From Planctomycetaceae bacterium (lineage in GTDB: Bacteria > Planctomycetota > Planctomycetia > Pirellulales > UBA1268): a DNA stretch of 51,101 nucleotides. Where the stretch lies: NCBI GenBank assembly GCA_947453125.1, contig CANGGC010000001.1, forward strand, positions 1 to 51,101, in the 5' to 3' direction. Within the stretch, counting starts at the first letter, position 1, and each line of letters starts with the position of its first letter. A model generated the notes under the pieces. It had not been told where the DNA came from. It did no database searches and saw nothing but the letters and a program-made list of their open reading frames with translations. Made by a program: the position numbers and the translations under genes. Positions 34,938 to 43,811 of this stretch are shown one piece after another.

Positions 34938-36902
34938 ATGAACGACGTTGCTGACGGGGATTCGTCCGCCCAGGAACGCCGGCTTACGGCCTGCAATCGT
35001 GATTGCCCCGATGCCTGCGGGATCGTGGCCACGATCGAGGATGGGCGGATCACGCGCCTCGCCGGCGACCCGGCCCATCCCGTGACGCGGGGCTTTCTCT
35101 GCCACCGCACCAGCCGGGTCCTCGAGCGTCAGTACGCTCCCGACCGGCTCACCTCCCCGCTCCGCCGCGACGGCGGCTCTTTTGTGCCGGTTTCCTGGGA
35201 GGAAGCCCTCGACGACATCGCCGCCCGACTCCTGGCGATCCGGGCGGAATCGGGGCCGGCGGCAATCCTCGCCTACCGCTGTGGCGGGTCGATGGGGATC
35301 CTCAAAAGTGTCGTCGACTATTTCTTCGAACGCTTCGGGCCGGTCGCCGTCAAGTCAGGAGACGTCTGCACCGGCGCCGGTGATGCCGCCCAGATGACTG
35401 ACTTCGGCGACGAGGACAGCCACGATTTTTTCGATCCAGCCCGATCCCGCACGATCATCCTCTGGGGGAAAAACCTCCACGTCTCGAGCGTGCACCTCAT
35501 CCCGGTCCTCCGCGAGGCGCGGGCCAGCGGTGCCACGCTGGTTTCCGTCGATCCGGTTTTCCACAAGACCGCGGCGATGTGCGATCTGTTCGTGCAGCCG
35601 CGGCCGGGGGGCGACATCGCGCTGGCCCTGGGAGTGGCACGGCGGATGTTCGAGTCCGGCACGGCCGATCCCGGCGCCGGGGCCTACTGCGACCACCTCG
35701 ACGACTTCCTCGCCCTGACTCACTCCCGCAGCGTGGAGACATGGGCCGAGCTCGCCGGAGTGCCCCTGGCGTCACTCGAGTCCCTCGCCGACGCCTATGC
35801 AATTCGCCCTGCATCGCTCCACATCGGCTGGGGGCTGCAGCGGCGGCGGCATGGCTCGGCCGCGGTGCGCGTTCTCGACGCGTTGGGGGCCATCTCGGGA
35901 AACATCGGGATCCCCGGCGGCGGGGTGTCGTACTACACGAAGCGCCGCGGGGCCTTCGACCTGTCGTTTGCCCGTCGTGAGGAGGTCGCTCCCCGCCTTC
36001 TCCCCGAGGCGTGCCTCGGCCGCGCGATCCTCGAGGCCCGCGACCCTCCGATCCGGGCCGTCTGGATCAGCTCCGCCAATCCGGTGGCGATGCTGCCGGA
36101 GTCTCACACCGTCGCCGAGGCGCTGGCAGGGCGAGAACTCACCGTCGTGGTCGATTCCTTCCTTACCGACACCGCGCGGCTGGCGCACTACGTCCTCCCC
36201 ACGACGACGTTGCTCGAGGAGGATGACCTCCTCGGCGCCTACGGGCACCACTGGATCGTCGAATCGCGCCCGGTCGTCGCGCCGCCGCCCGGAGTGAAGA
36301 GCGATCTGGACATCATCGGGGAACTGGCGCGGAGAACCGGCCTCGGAGACGCTTTCTCCGCCGACGCCGACAGCTGGAAGCGACGCGTCCTCGGGAAGGT
36401 GGCCGATCGCGGCGCGTCGCTCGACGATCTCCGACGCGGCCCGGTCAGAAACCCCCTCGCCCCGACCCTGATGTATCCCGACCGCGTCTTCCCCACCGCC
36501 ACCGGGAAGGTGAACCTCGTCCACGACGTCACGCTCGATCCCCCGCGCGGGACACCCCTGCGACCGCTGCTGCTGATGGCGCTGGCCACCGAACGGGCTC
36601 AGGGATCGCAGTGGCTCCCGTCTCAGCAGGAAGGCCCCGCCACCGCCACGGTCCATCCCTCCGCGGCAACCGGCTTCGTCGACGGGGCCCTTGCGAGACT
36701 CGAGTCGGAGATCGCGGAGATCGTCGTCCGACTGAAGTTCGACCTGCGACAACGGGCCGATGTCGTGCTCATGGAGAAGGGGGGATGGCTGAGCGCCGGA
36801 CGCTGTGCCAACGCCCTGATCCGCGGCGCGGAGACCGATGCCGGCGGCTGTGCGGTCTACCACGACACTCCAGTCCGCCTCCTGCCGATCGCGCCTGCTT
36901 GA
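34938..36902 (+). CDS. molybdopterin-dependent oxidoreductase (MopB superfamily) with N-terminal Fe-S Cys cluster
   Basis: ATG 34938. The N-terminal segment CNRDCPDACGIVATIEDGRITRLAGDPAHPVTRGFLCHR is a MopB 4Fe-4S-type Cys motif. Other motifs are ILWGKN and SANPVAMLP, and the C-terminal molybdopterin-binding barrel reads VHPSAATGFVDGALARLES...VVRLKF. The substrate is unknown. Confidence 0.87.
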   Translation: MNDVADGDSSAQERRLTACNRDCPDACGIVATIEDGRITRLAGDPAHPVTRGFLCHRTSRVLERQYAPDRLTSPLRRDGGSFVPVSWEEALDDIAARLLAIRAESGPAAILAYRCGGSMGILKSVVDYFFERFGPVAVKSGDVCTGAGDAAQMTDFGDEDSHDFFDPARSRTIILWGKNLHVSSVHLIPVLREARASGATLVSVDPVFHKTAAMCDLFVQPRPGGDIALALGVARRMFESGTADPGAGAYCDHLDDFLALTHSRSVETWAELAGVPLASLESLADAYAIRPASLHIGWGLQRRRHGSAAVRVLDALGAISGNIGIPGGGVSYYTKRRGAFDLSFARREEVAPRLLPEACLGRAILEARDPPIRAVWISSANPVAMLPESHTVAEALAGRELTVVVDSFLTDTARLAHYVLPTTTLLEEDDLLGAYGHHWIVESRPVVAPPPGVKSDLDIIGELARRTGLGDAFSADADSWKRRVLGKVADRGASLDDLRRGPVRNPLAPTLMYPDRVFPTATGKVNLVHDVTLDPPRGTPLRPLLLMALATERAQGSQWLPSQQEGPATATVHPSAATGFVDGALARLESEIAEIVVRLKFDLRQRADVVLMEKGGWLSAGRCANALIRGAETDAGGCAVYHDTPVRLLPIAPA

Positions 36903-36963
36903 AGCACTCCGGCCGCATCGAGCGGCGTCCCCGAATCCCCGACGTTCGTCAGAGGGCCCCGCG

Positions 36964-38817
36964 ATGCCATCCGCCAATCTTCCTGCCGTCCGCCTGATCG
37001 CGATCGCCGTCTGGTCCCTCGCGACGGCGGCGGCGACCGCGGCGGAGCCGACGGGGCTCACTGACCAGCGGATCCTCGACGACGCGCGCGTGATCGCGAT
37101 CTCGATCTCGCTCCCTGCCGACGACTGGGAAGCCCTCCGCAACGAATCGCGCGACATGGGCGCGGTGTTGCGCGGCGACCTCTCGAGCCCCTTCACCTGG
37201 CGCCGGGCCGACATCGTCATCGACGGTGTGCCGGTCGGCTCGGTCGGCATCCGCAAGAAGGGATTGCTCGGATCGCTCGACAGCACCAATCCCTCGTTGC
37301 TCGTCGACTTCAACCGCTTCGTCGACCAAGAACCGGTCGCAGGACTGGGACGGCTGACGCTCAATAACAACAAGCAGGACACCTCCTTGATCAGCCAGTC
37401 TCTGGCCTACCAGGTGTTCCGCGCGGCTGGCCTGGCAGCTCCACGCGTCGGATTCGCGACCGTCACCGTCAACGACGAACCGCTCGGCGTCTACTCGAAC
37501 GTCGAGTCGGTCCGCAAACCGTTCCTCCGCCGGTCGTTCGGGGATGGCAGCGGGATGCTCGTCGAGGGGACGATCAATGACGTGGTCCCCGAATCGCTCG
37601 CCCGTCTCGAGGTGCAGGGGGCGGACAAGCCTGGCGACCGGGACAGGCTCGAGGCGCTCGCCACGCTCCTGGCATCCCCCGATCCGCTCGATGTGGAGCA
37701 ACTCGGGAGCCTCGTCGATCTCGATGACTTCTTCACGTTCTGGGCGGTCGAGTCGCTCCTCAACATCTGGGACGGCTACACCGCCAACCAGAACAACTAC
37801 TTCGTCTATGCCACCCCGGCCGATGGCCTGTTCCGCTTCATCCCCTGGGGCGCCGACGCCGCGGCCGGCCTGGCCCCCGGCTTCGGCGGCCCGTTCGCGG
37901 CCCGCCGCGCCCCTCCCCCGGTCGCGGCGCAGGCGGCCCTCCCCAACCGTCTCTACTTCACCCCTGGCATGGCCGACCGCTACCGAGGGGCGCTCGAAGG
38001 GCTCCTCGACTCGGTGTGGCGCGAGGACGAATTGCTCGCCGAGGTCGATCGCCTCGAGCACCTCCTCACGCCGGTGCTCGGAGGACGACAGACCGGCGCG
38101 CCGAAAGCGATGGACGCGGTCCGGGACTACATCCGTCGGCGCCGTGGAGAACTCGCGCAGGCCTTCGAGACATGGCCCGCCGAGGCCCCATCGACTTGGC
38201 GGCGTCCGATGACGAGCGAGCCGCTCGGGACAGCGACCGGATCGTTCTCAGCTACGTATCGCGAAGGCGCCATTGACGACGTCCCCCCTGCGGACGTGGC
38301 CCTGACCCTGATCCTCCGTGGCGAGCCGATCGTCCTCACCGATGTGGAGGCCTCTGTCTCGACCTTCATGTTCCCCGGATTCGGAGGCAGCAGCCCCCGC
38401 CGCGGGCCCGATCGCCCCGGCGAGGCCTCACCCGAGCCCCCTCCGCCCGGCTCACCTGGCGAGTCGCCGGTGAGTGTCGTGATCTCCGGGAAGCGGGCCG
38501 ACGATGGCAAACCTCTGGCCCTCAACCTGTTTCTCGATCGGCGTCGGATGCGGGACACCGACGCCTCGCTGCCCGTCAACGGGATGGTCACGGAGGGAAC
38601 CTCCGGCTTCGGCATCCCCGGCCTGATGCCGATGCGCTCGATCTCCGGCACGTTCACCCCGGCTGAACGGGGCCTTGCTCCGGGAGAGCGACTCGGCGGC
38701 ACCTTCTCCCTCGAGATCACGAAGATGGAGGGGGGGCTGATGAATCAGGCGCCGATGAAGAAGCCAGACGCGGCAGCGTCGCCAACGGCCGAAGCGGCGC
38801 CGACACCGTCCCGTTGA
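36964..38817 (+). CDS. CotH-family (atypical kinase fold) secreted protein
   Basis: ATG 36964 with signal VRLIAIAVWSLATAAATAAEP. CotH-like core motifs: LTLNNNKQDTSLISQSLAYQVFRAAGLAAPRVGFATVTVNDEPLGVYSNVESV, NIWDGYTANQNNYFVY and FRFIPWGADAA. Confidence 0.83.
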   Translation: MPSANLPAVRLIAIAVWSLATAAATAAEPTGLTDQRILDDARVIAISISLPADDWEALRNESRDMGAVLRGDLSSPFTWRRADIVIDGVPVGSVGIRKKGLLGSLDSTNPSLLVDFNRFVDQEPVAGLGRLTLNNNKQDTSLISQSLAYQVFRAAGLAAPRVGFATVTVNDEPLGVYSNVESVRKPFLRRSFGDGSGMLVEGTINDVVPESLARLEVQGADKPGDRDRLEALATLLASPDPLDVEQLGSLVDLDDFFTFWAVESLLNIWDGYTANQNNYFVYATPADGLFRFIPWGADAAAGLAPGFGGPFAARRAPPPVAAQAALPNRLYFTPGMADRYRGALEGLLDSVWREDELLAEVDRLEHLLTPVLGGRQTGAPKAMDAVRDYIRRRRGELAQAFETWPAEAPSTWRRPMTSEPLGTATGSFSATYREGAIDDVPPADVALTLILRGEPIVLTDVEASVSTFMFPGFGGSSPRRGPDRPGEASPEPPPPGSPGESPVSVVISGKRADDGKPLALNLFLDRRRMRDTDASLPVNGMVTEGTSGFGIPGLMPMRSISGTFTPAERGLAPGERLGGTFSLEITKMEGGLMNQAPMKKPDAAASPTAEAAPTPSR

Positions 38818-39072
38818 CGATCCGTCGGAGCATCCATCCACGGCCTTCGTCCACTCAGGTCCCCCCCAACCAAGCCAGGGTTTTTCGGGGGTGGCTGCCA
38901 CCGCTTCAAGCGGCGGGGCACGTCCCCCCACCTTCCGACAGCCGTCCAGGCTCTGGTTAAAGGCTCAAAAAACAGGGTTTTCGATGGGGCTGAGGGGGAA
39001 AAAGTCCAGGCTTTTGGGGGAGCGGCCAGCCTGCTACTCTCCTGCCCCCCGTTCCCCTCCGGAGTCGAACCG

Positions 39073-39996
39073 ATGCGTGCCCACAGCCTTTCCGCGAACA
39101 CTGAACGTCGAGTGACGAGGGCGTGCGACCGGTTGGTCGGATCGCTGGCCGGGCTCTTCATCGGCCTCGGGTGTCTGATGGACGGGGGCCGAGCGGCGGC
39201 GGGGGATGGCGTGCTGCTGCGCGTCGAGACGGAGGTCTTCGCCGACGACGACGAGGCTCCGGTTGCCCGCAGCCTGAGCCTGTTCAGGGATGGCGTCGCC
39301 TGGGACTTCCTCGAAACCCTCTCCAAGGAGAAGGAAAAGGAGGACGATGCCGGGCCGGATGAACCGGTGGAGTTCGTGCTCCACGATCCTGCCCGGGAGC
39401 GGATCATTCTCGTCGATCCGGCCCGTCATGTGAAAACGCAGATCGACCATCTGCAACTCGAACGCCTCCGCGCATCGCTGGGCAACTGGGCGCGAAAATC
39501 CGACGACCCACTCATGCGCTGGGCGGGGGGCCCCGACTTCAGCGAAGGCATGGAGGAAACGGCGACGAAGATCGTCCTCGCCGGCCCTCGGGTCCGCTAC
39601 GAAGTGGTCTTCGAAGAGGCAGACAACGGAGCGGTTCCTGAGGAATACCAACGCTTCGCCGACGCCGCCCTGCTCGTCAAGGCCCTCGTCCACCCAGGCG
39701 GCCTCCCCCCATTTCCGCGGATCGCCATCAACCGCCGCGTTGCCGCCGCAGGGGGAATCCCCGCGTCGGTCCGCCTGGAAATCGAATCGCGGATGGCCAA
39801 GCTCGGAAAGAGGCCGAACGTGTTGCGGTCGAAACACAAGGTCCTCGAATCATGGCTCGCCTCCGATCACAAACGGGTGGCTGCGGCGGAGGAACGAATG
39901 GCGGTCGCGGCTCCGGTCGATCTGGCCACCTATGCCGGCCGAGGCGAGGGGGACGGCCCCATCGGCAAGGAACCAGCGGCCGCGAAACGCCGCTGA
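39073..39996 (+). CDS. hypothetical exported protein
   Basis: ATG 39073 is preceded by GGAG (39061-39064). There is a hydrophobic N-terminal segment (LVGSLAGLFIGLGCL). The sequence has balanced composition with Lys/Glu-rich segments, unlike shadow ORFs. No family recognised. Confidence 0.55.
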   Translation: MRAHSLSANTERRVTRACDRLVGSLAGLFIGLGCLMDGGRAAAGDGVLLRVETEVFADDDEAPVARSLSLFRDGVAWDFLETLSKEKEKEDDAGPDEPVEFVLHDPARERIILVDPARHVKTQIDHLQLERLRASLGNWARKSDDPLMRWAGGPDFSEGMEETATKIVLAGPRVRYEVVFEEADNGAVPEEYQRFADAALLVKALVHPGGLPPFPRIAINRRVAAAGGIPASVRLEIESRMAKLGKRPNVLRSKHKVLESWLASDHKRVAAAEERMAVAAPVDLATYAGRGEGDGPIGKEPAAAKRR

Positions 39997-40234
39997 TCGC
40001 CCCCCCTCGGAGCCCGCGCGGCGGCCTGCCTACCGGCGTCCCGCTGCCCGCGTCGACTGGTGCCAGCCCACCCCGCACGGCACAACAGGCGAATCCGTCA
40101 CCCATCCGGTCGCACCCAAGAAAGTCGACGCGGCCAGACGATGTTCCCTGTACCGCACAAATTGCCTATTCCACGAAACCATCCCGCCCCAGCCAACCAC
40201 GACGGCAGGCGGTGCCGGCCCAGGGCCGCGATGG

Positions 40235-40264
40235 TTGACAGACGTACAGTGACGCTTGTAAAGT
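40235..40264 (+). promoter_or_regulatory. sigma-70-like promoter candidate for csrA
   Basis: TTGACA (40235-40240), an 18-nt spacer, then TAAAGT (40259-40264), which lies 39 nt upstream of the csrA ATG. This near-consensus A/T-rich pair is conspicuous in a GC-rich background. Confidence 0.35.
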
Positions 40265-40303
40265 CGCCCCATCACATCCAACAGCCCAGGAACGGAGTCT
40301 CCC

Positions 40304-40537
40304 ATGCTGGTTCTTTCACGGAAGCAAAACGAACGGATTCGAGTCGGCGATTCGGTCGTCGTGACCATCGTCCGGGTGAGTGGCGACAAAGTGCGAATCG
40401 GGATCGAAGCCCCAGCCGATGTCCGCGTCCTCCGCGACGAGCTCCACCCGTGTGGAATCCAATCCGAGATCGCCGTCGCGCACGAGCCGGCGGGAGTGGA
40501 ACGGGTCATCGAGTTGCGGCTCGCGACGGCAGGCTGA
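40304..40537 (+). CDS. csrA: carbon storage regulator / translational repressor CsrA
   Basis: MLVLSRKQNERIRVGDSVVVTIVRVSGDKVRIGIEAPADVRVLRDELH matches the CsrA pattern (MLvLsRK..E.i.IGd.i.i.vl.v.g..VrlGI.AP..v.v.R.E). Confidence 0.93.
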   Translation: MLVLSRKQNERIRVGDSVVVTIVRVSGDKVRIGIEAPADVRVLRDELHPCGIQSEIAVAHEPAGVERVIELRLATAG

Positions 40538-40567
40538 TAGTAGAGGGGCACCGGGAGACGATGGCCC

Positions 40568-41305
40568 ATGAACACTCCCCCCGGTGAAGCCGCCACACTA
40601 CGACAGGCCGGTGGCGCGGGACGGCGTTGGTTACGCCGTCCCGCTGCCGCCGGGTTGCTCTTCATGGGGTTGCTCCTCATCGGGTTGCTCGTGACAAGCT
40701 ACACCCTGCTCCATTTCAGCCCTCTCGGGATCCGTGGTGCCGTTCCCTCCGGGCCCGAAGGAGAGCGGGCTGCGGGGAGGATGATGTCGAAGGCTTCGTC
40801 GCTCGTGGCGGGCCTCGACCGGCCCGGCGAATGGGGCGAGGCGTTCACCGATGCCGAGGCGAATGCCTGGCTCTCGATCGACCTGCCCCACCATGCCCCC
40901 GGGCTCCTCGCGGGTGGGATCTCGTCGCCCCAGGTCCGGTTTCTCGAGCGCCGCGCGGCGTGCTCAGCGATGGTCCAGCTTGGCCCGCTCTCCGCACAGC
41001 TCTGGGCGATCCTCGAGGTCACCGTCCGCAGCGATAACCTCCTCGCTGTCGGAGTCGATTCTGCCGGCCTCGGAGCGGTCCCGCTCCCGCCGGGCACGGT
41101 GCTGCGGGCCATCGCCGCTCGGGCGGAGGGGGCCGGGGCGGCGACGGAAATCCGCCTTCTCGACGGCGGTCCGGTGCTCCTCGTGCAATTGCCCGGTCGG
41201 ACAAAGACGACATCGGACGAGCGGTCCGAGTACCATCTCGGGGGAGTGCGGATCACCCCGGGGGAGTTGGTGCTGGCGGGAACGACCCGGAGTCTCCCCC
41301 GCTGA
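40568..41305 (+). CDS. hypothetical membrane-anchored protein
   Basis: ATG 40568 lies 31 nt after csrA. It has a single N-terminal TM (AAAGLLFMGLLLIGLLVTSYTLL). No family recognised. Confidence 0.5.
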   Translation: MNTPPGEAATLRQAGGAGRRWLRRPAAAGLLFMGLLLIGLLVTSYTLLHFSPLGIRGAVPSGPEGERAAGRMMSKASSLVAGLDRPGEWGEAFTDAEANAWLSIDLPHHAPGLLAGGISSPQVRFLERRAACSAMVQLGPLSAQLWAILEVTVRSDNLLAVGVDSAGLGAVPLPPGTVLRAIAARAEGAGAATEIRLLDGGPVLLVQLPGRTKTTSDERSEYHLGGVRITPGELVLAGTTRSLPR

Positions 41306-41385
41306 CCTTTCGTCGACCGGGCCAGCCGAGGCCACGGTCCGCTCGAGGTGCTCTCTTCACAGCCTGCCAACAAGGATTCCGTTTG

Positions 41386-42777
41386 ATGACGACGCTGCGT
41401 TTCCTCGGGGCCGCGGGAACCGTCTCCGGCTCCCGGCATCTGCTCGAACATGACGGGAAGAGGATCCTCGTCGACTGTGGACTTTTCCAGGGGGAGAAGC
41501 GCCTCCGCGAGCGCAACTGGGAACGCTTCCCGGTTCCTCCCGCCTCGATCGAGGCCGTCGTCCTCACCCACGGGCACATCGATCATTCCGGCTGGCTGCC
41601 GCGGCTGACGCGGGAGGGATTCCGGGGGCCGATCCTCACGTCCCGGGCCACGGCCGATCTCCTCGGCCTGCTCCTCTACGATTCCGCGAAGTGCCAGGAC
41701 GAGGATGCGGAGTATGCCAATCGCAACGGGTACTCGAAGCACAGCCCCGCGCTCCCCCTCTACGACGAACGGGATGTCGAGCAGACGCTCCGGCTCGTGA
41801 AGCCCCTCGACCGCGAGAGCTGGTTTTCCCCAACCAAGAACATCCGCGCCCGGTTCCATGACGCCGGCCACATGCTGGGAAGCTCGTTTGTGGAGATGGA
41901 GGTTGACCGTGCCCCCAAACCGCTCCGTTGCCTCTTCTCGGGTGACATCGGCCGCTATGACGCCCCGCTCTACAACGACCCCGTTCCGCCCCCCCCTTGT
42001 GATGTCCTCGTCTGCGAGAGCACCTACGGCGATCGCGACCATCCGGTGAGCCGGCCCCTCGACGAGTTGGAGGCCGTGACGAAGGAGGCGATTTCCCGGG
42101 GCGGCATGATGCTCGTGGCCTCGTTTGCCATCGGCCGCTGCCAGCAATTGGTCTATCTCCTCCGCACGCTCATGGCCGCCGGCCGTCTCCCGGAGATTCC
42201 CGTCTGGATCGATTCGCCAATGGCCGTGGAGGCGACCGAGGTCTTCCGTCGGCACGTGGAGGAACACGACTTCACCGAGGCGAGGATGCAGGGAGTCTCC
42301 GATTCGCTCGCCGCCCCCTGGGTGCGGATGGCGCGGACCGCCGAGGAATCGAAGGCGATCAATGCCCACCAGGGGGCCGGGATCGTGATCGCCTCCAGCG
42401 GCATGATGAACGGCGGCCGCATCCTCCACCATCTTGCCCGTCGGCTCCCCGACCCCCGCACGACGGTGCTCGTCGCCGGTTTCCAGGCGGCCGGCACACG
42501 GGGTCGAACGCTCATCGAAGGGGCCGAGTTCCTCAAGATCCATGGCCGCGACATCCCGGTTCGGGCGGCTGTCCGCCGCGTCGATGCCCTCTCCGGCCAT
42601 GGCGACCGTCGCGAGATCGCCCGCTGGCTCGGAAGCATGGCCGCCCCGCGGCGCGTGTTCCTCGTCCACGGCGAGCCACCGGCAGCCCGCGGGATGGCGG
42701 ACCATCTGAAGAAGACGCTCGGCTGGGAAGCGACCATCCCCGCAATCGGCGAGTCATTCGATCTCACGGCAGTCTGA
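41386..42777 (+). CDS. MBL-fold metallo-hydrolase with beta-CASP / RNA-specificity domain (RNase J/CPSF-like)
   Basis: ATG 41386 (MTTLRFLGAAGTVSGSRHLLE). The HxHxDH motif is VLTHGHIDHSG. Other motifs are FHDAGHMLGS, ESTYGDRDH and C-terminal SGHGDRREI. Confidence 0.88.
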   Translation: MTTLRFLGAAGTVSGSRHLLEHDGKRILVDCGLFQGEKRLRERNWERFPVPPASIEAVVLTHGHIDHSGWLPRLTREGFRGPILTSRATADLLGLLLYDSAKCQDEDAEYANRNGYSKHSPALPLYDERDVEQTLRLVKPLDRESWFSPTKNIRARFHDAGHMLGSSFVEMEVDRAPKPLRCLFSGDIGRYDAPLYNDPVPPPPCDVLVCESTYGDRDHPVSRPLDELEAVTKEAISRGGMMLVASFAIGRCQQLVYLLRTLMAAGRLPEIPVWIDSPMAVEATEVFRRHVEEHDFTEARMQGVSDSLAAPWVRMARTAEESKAINAHQGAGIVIASSGMMNGGRILHHLARRLPDPRTTVLVAGFQAAGTRGRTLIEGAEFLKIHGRDIPVRAAVRRVDALSGHGDRREIARWLGSMAAPRRVFLVHGEPPAARGMADHLKKTLGWEATIPAIGESFDLTAV

Positions 42778-42839
42778 GGCGCGGATCCTCCCATCGTGTC
42801 CGTCCACCGTCTTGTTCCCTCGCGAGCACACTCCCCCCA

Positions 42840-43799
42840 ATGCCCAAGCGACCGAAATCCCCCGTTCCGACGCCCTCCCCTGCAGTCGACCCGAAGCCCG
42901 TCGAGCCGGCGAAGGCCTGCGCCATCCTCCCCGACACGACGCTCGGTGACGATGTGGCGCTGGTGGCGGAGAACATGGAGGCGATCCTCGCAAGCCCCAG
43001 CTACAGCCTGGCGCAGCACGACCGCCTCCTCATGGATCGCCCCGAGACCCGCGGTGTGCGGATGCTCCTCGAGCTCCACAAACCGGAGCTTGCCTTCCAG
43101 GACCACCGGATCCATTCGACGGTGATCGTCTTCGGCGGCACGCAGATCGTCGAGCGTGGCGCCGCCCAGCGCCGGCTCACCGAGGCCCGGCGCGCCGCGC
43201 AGGGAAACCCTGATTCACCCAAGCTCAAGCGAGACGTGGAACGGGCCGAGAAGCTCCTCACCCGCAGCCACTATTACGACGCGGCGAGGGAGTTCGCGAG
43301 GCTCGTTTCGATCGACAACCAGTGCGAAGACGCCCGTGATTTTGTGATCGTCACCGGAGGCGGCCCGGGGATCATGGAAGCGGCCAATCGCGGCGCCTTC
43401 GACGTCGGCTGCCAGTCGATCGGCCTCAATATTAAGCTCCCCGCCGAGCAGCAGCCCAACCCCTTTATCACGCCCGACCTCTGCTTCCAATTCAAGTACT
43501 TCGCGTTGCGGAAGTTCCACTTCATCCTCCGCGCCGCGGCGGTGGTGCTCTTCCCCGGCGGGTTCGGCACGCTCGACGAGATGTTCGAGACCCTCACCCT
43601 CCGCCAGACACACCGCATGCAACCGGTGCCGATCATCCTCTTCGGGCGCGAGTACTGGTCGAAGATCATCGATTTCCGGCAGATGGCGGAGGAGGGAGTG
43701 ATCTCCGACGACCACCTCGACCTTTTCTCCTGGGCCGAGACTCCGGAGGAAGCCTGGAATCAGATCGTCGACTTCCACAACGCCAAGCCGAAAGCCTAA
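42840..43799 (+). CDS. LOG-family (TIGR00730-type Rossmann fold) nucleotide-binding protein
   Basis: Motifs: VIVTGGGPGIMEAANRGA and VLFPGGFGTLDEMFETLTLRQT (PGGxGTxxE). There is an N-terminal extension of about 90 aa before the core. Confidence 0.87.
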   Translation: MPKRPKSPVPTPSPAVDPKPVEPAKACAILPDTTLGDDVALVAENMEAILASPSYSLAQHDRLLMDRPETRGVRMLLELHKPELAFQDHRIHSTVIVFGGTQIVERGAAQRRLTEARRAAQGNPDSPKLKRDVERAEKLLTRSHYYDAAREFARLVSIDNQCEDARDFVIVTGGGPGIMEAANRGAFDVGCQSIGLNIKLPAEQQPNPFITPDLCFQFKYFALRKFHFILRAAAVVLFPGGFGTLDEMFETLTLRQTHRMQPVPIILFGREYWSKIIDFRQMAEEGVISDDHLDLFSWAETPEEAWNQIVDFHNAKPKA

Positions 43800-43811
43800 A
43801 AGTACCCTTCA

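Noticed and set aside
34642-34940. tRNA-Ser as a possible integration hotspot for a genomic island.
   Set aside because: There is no integrase, excisionase or phage/plasmid gene on either side. I did not notice a direct repeat of the tRNA 3' half nearby. The flanking genes have the same composition as the rest of the window.
38991-39016. GAGGGGGAAAAAGTCCAGGC, reminiscent of the RNase P RNA CR-I element (GAGGAAAGUCCGGGC).
   Set aside because: The match is imperfect. I could find none of the other conserved RNase P regions. A 350-400-nt RNA would have to run through the well-formed CDS starting at 39073.
39058-39072. GGTTCGACTCC (minus strand), resembling a tRNA/tmRNA T-loop.
   Set aside because: Only a 3-4 bp stem can be drawn around it. 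No acceptor, D or anticodon arms can be folded from the flanks, and it overlaps the RBS/start of the 39073 CDS.
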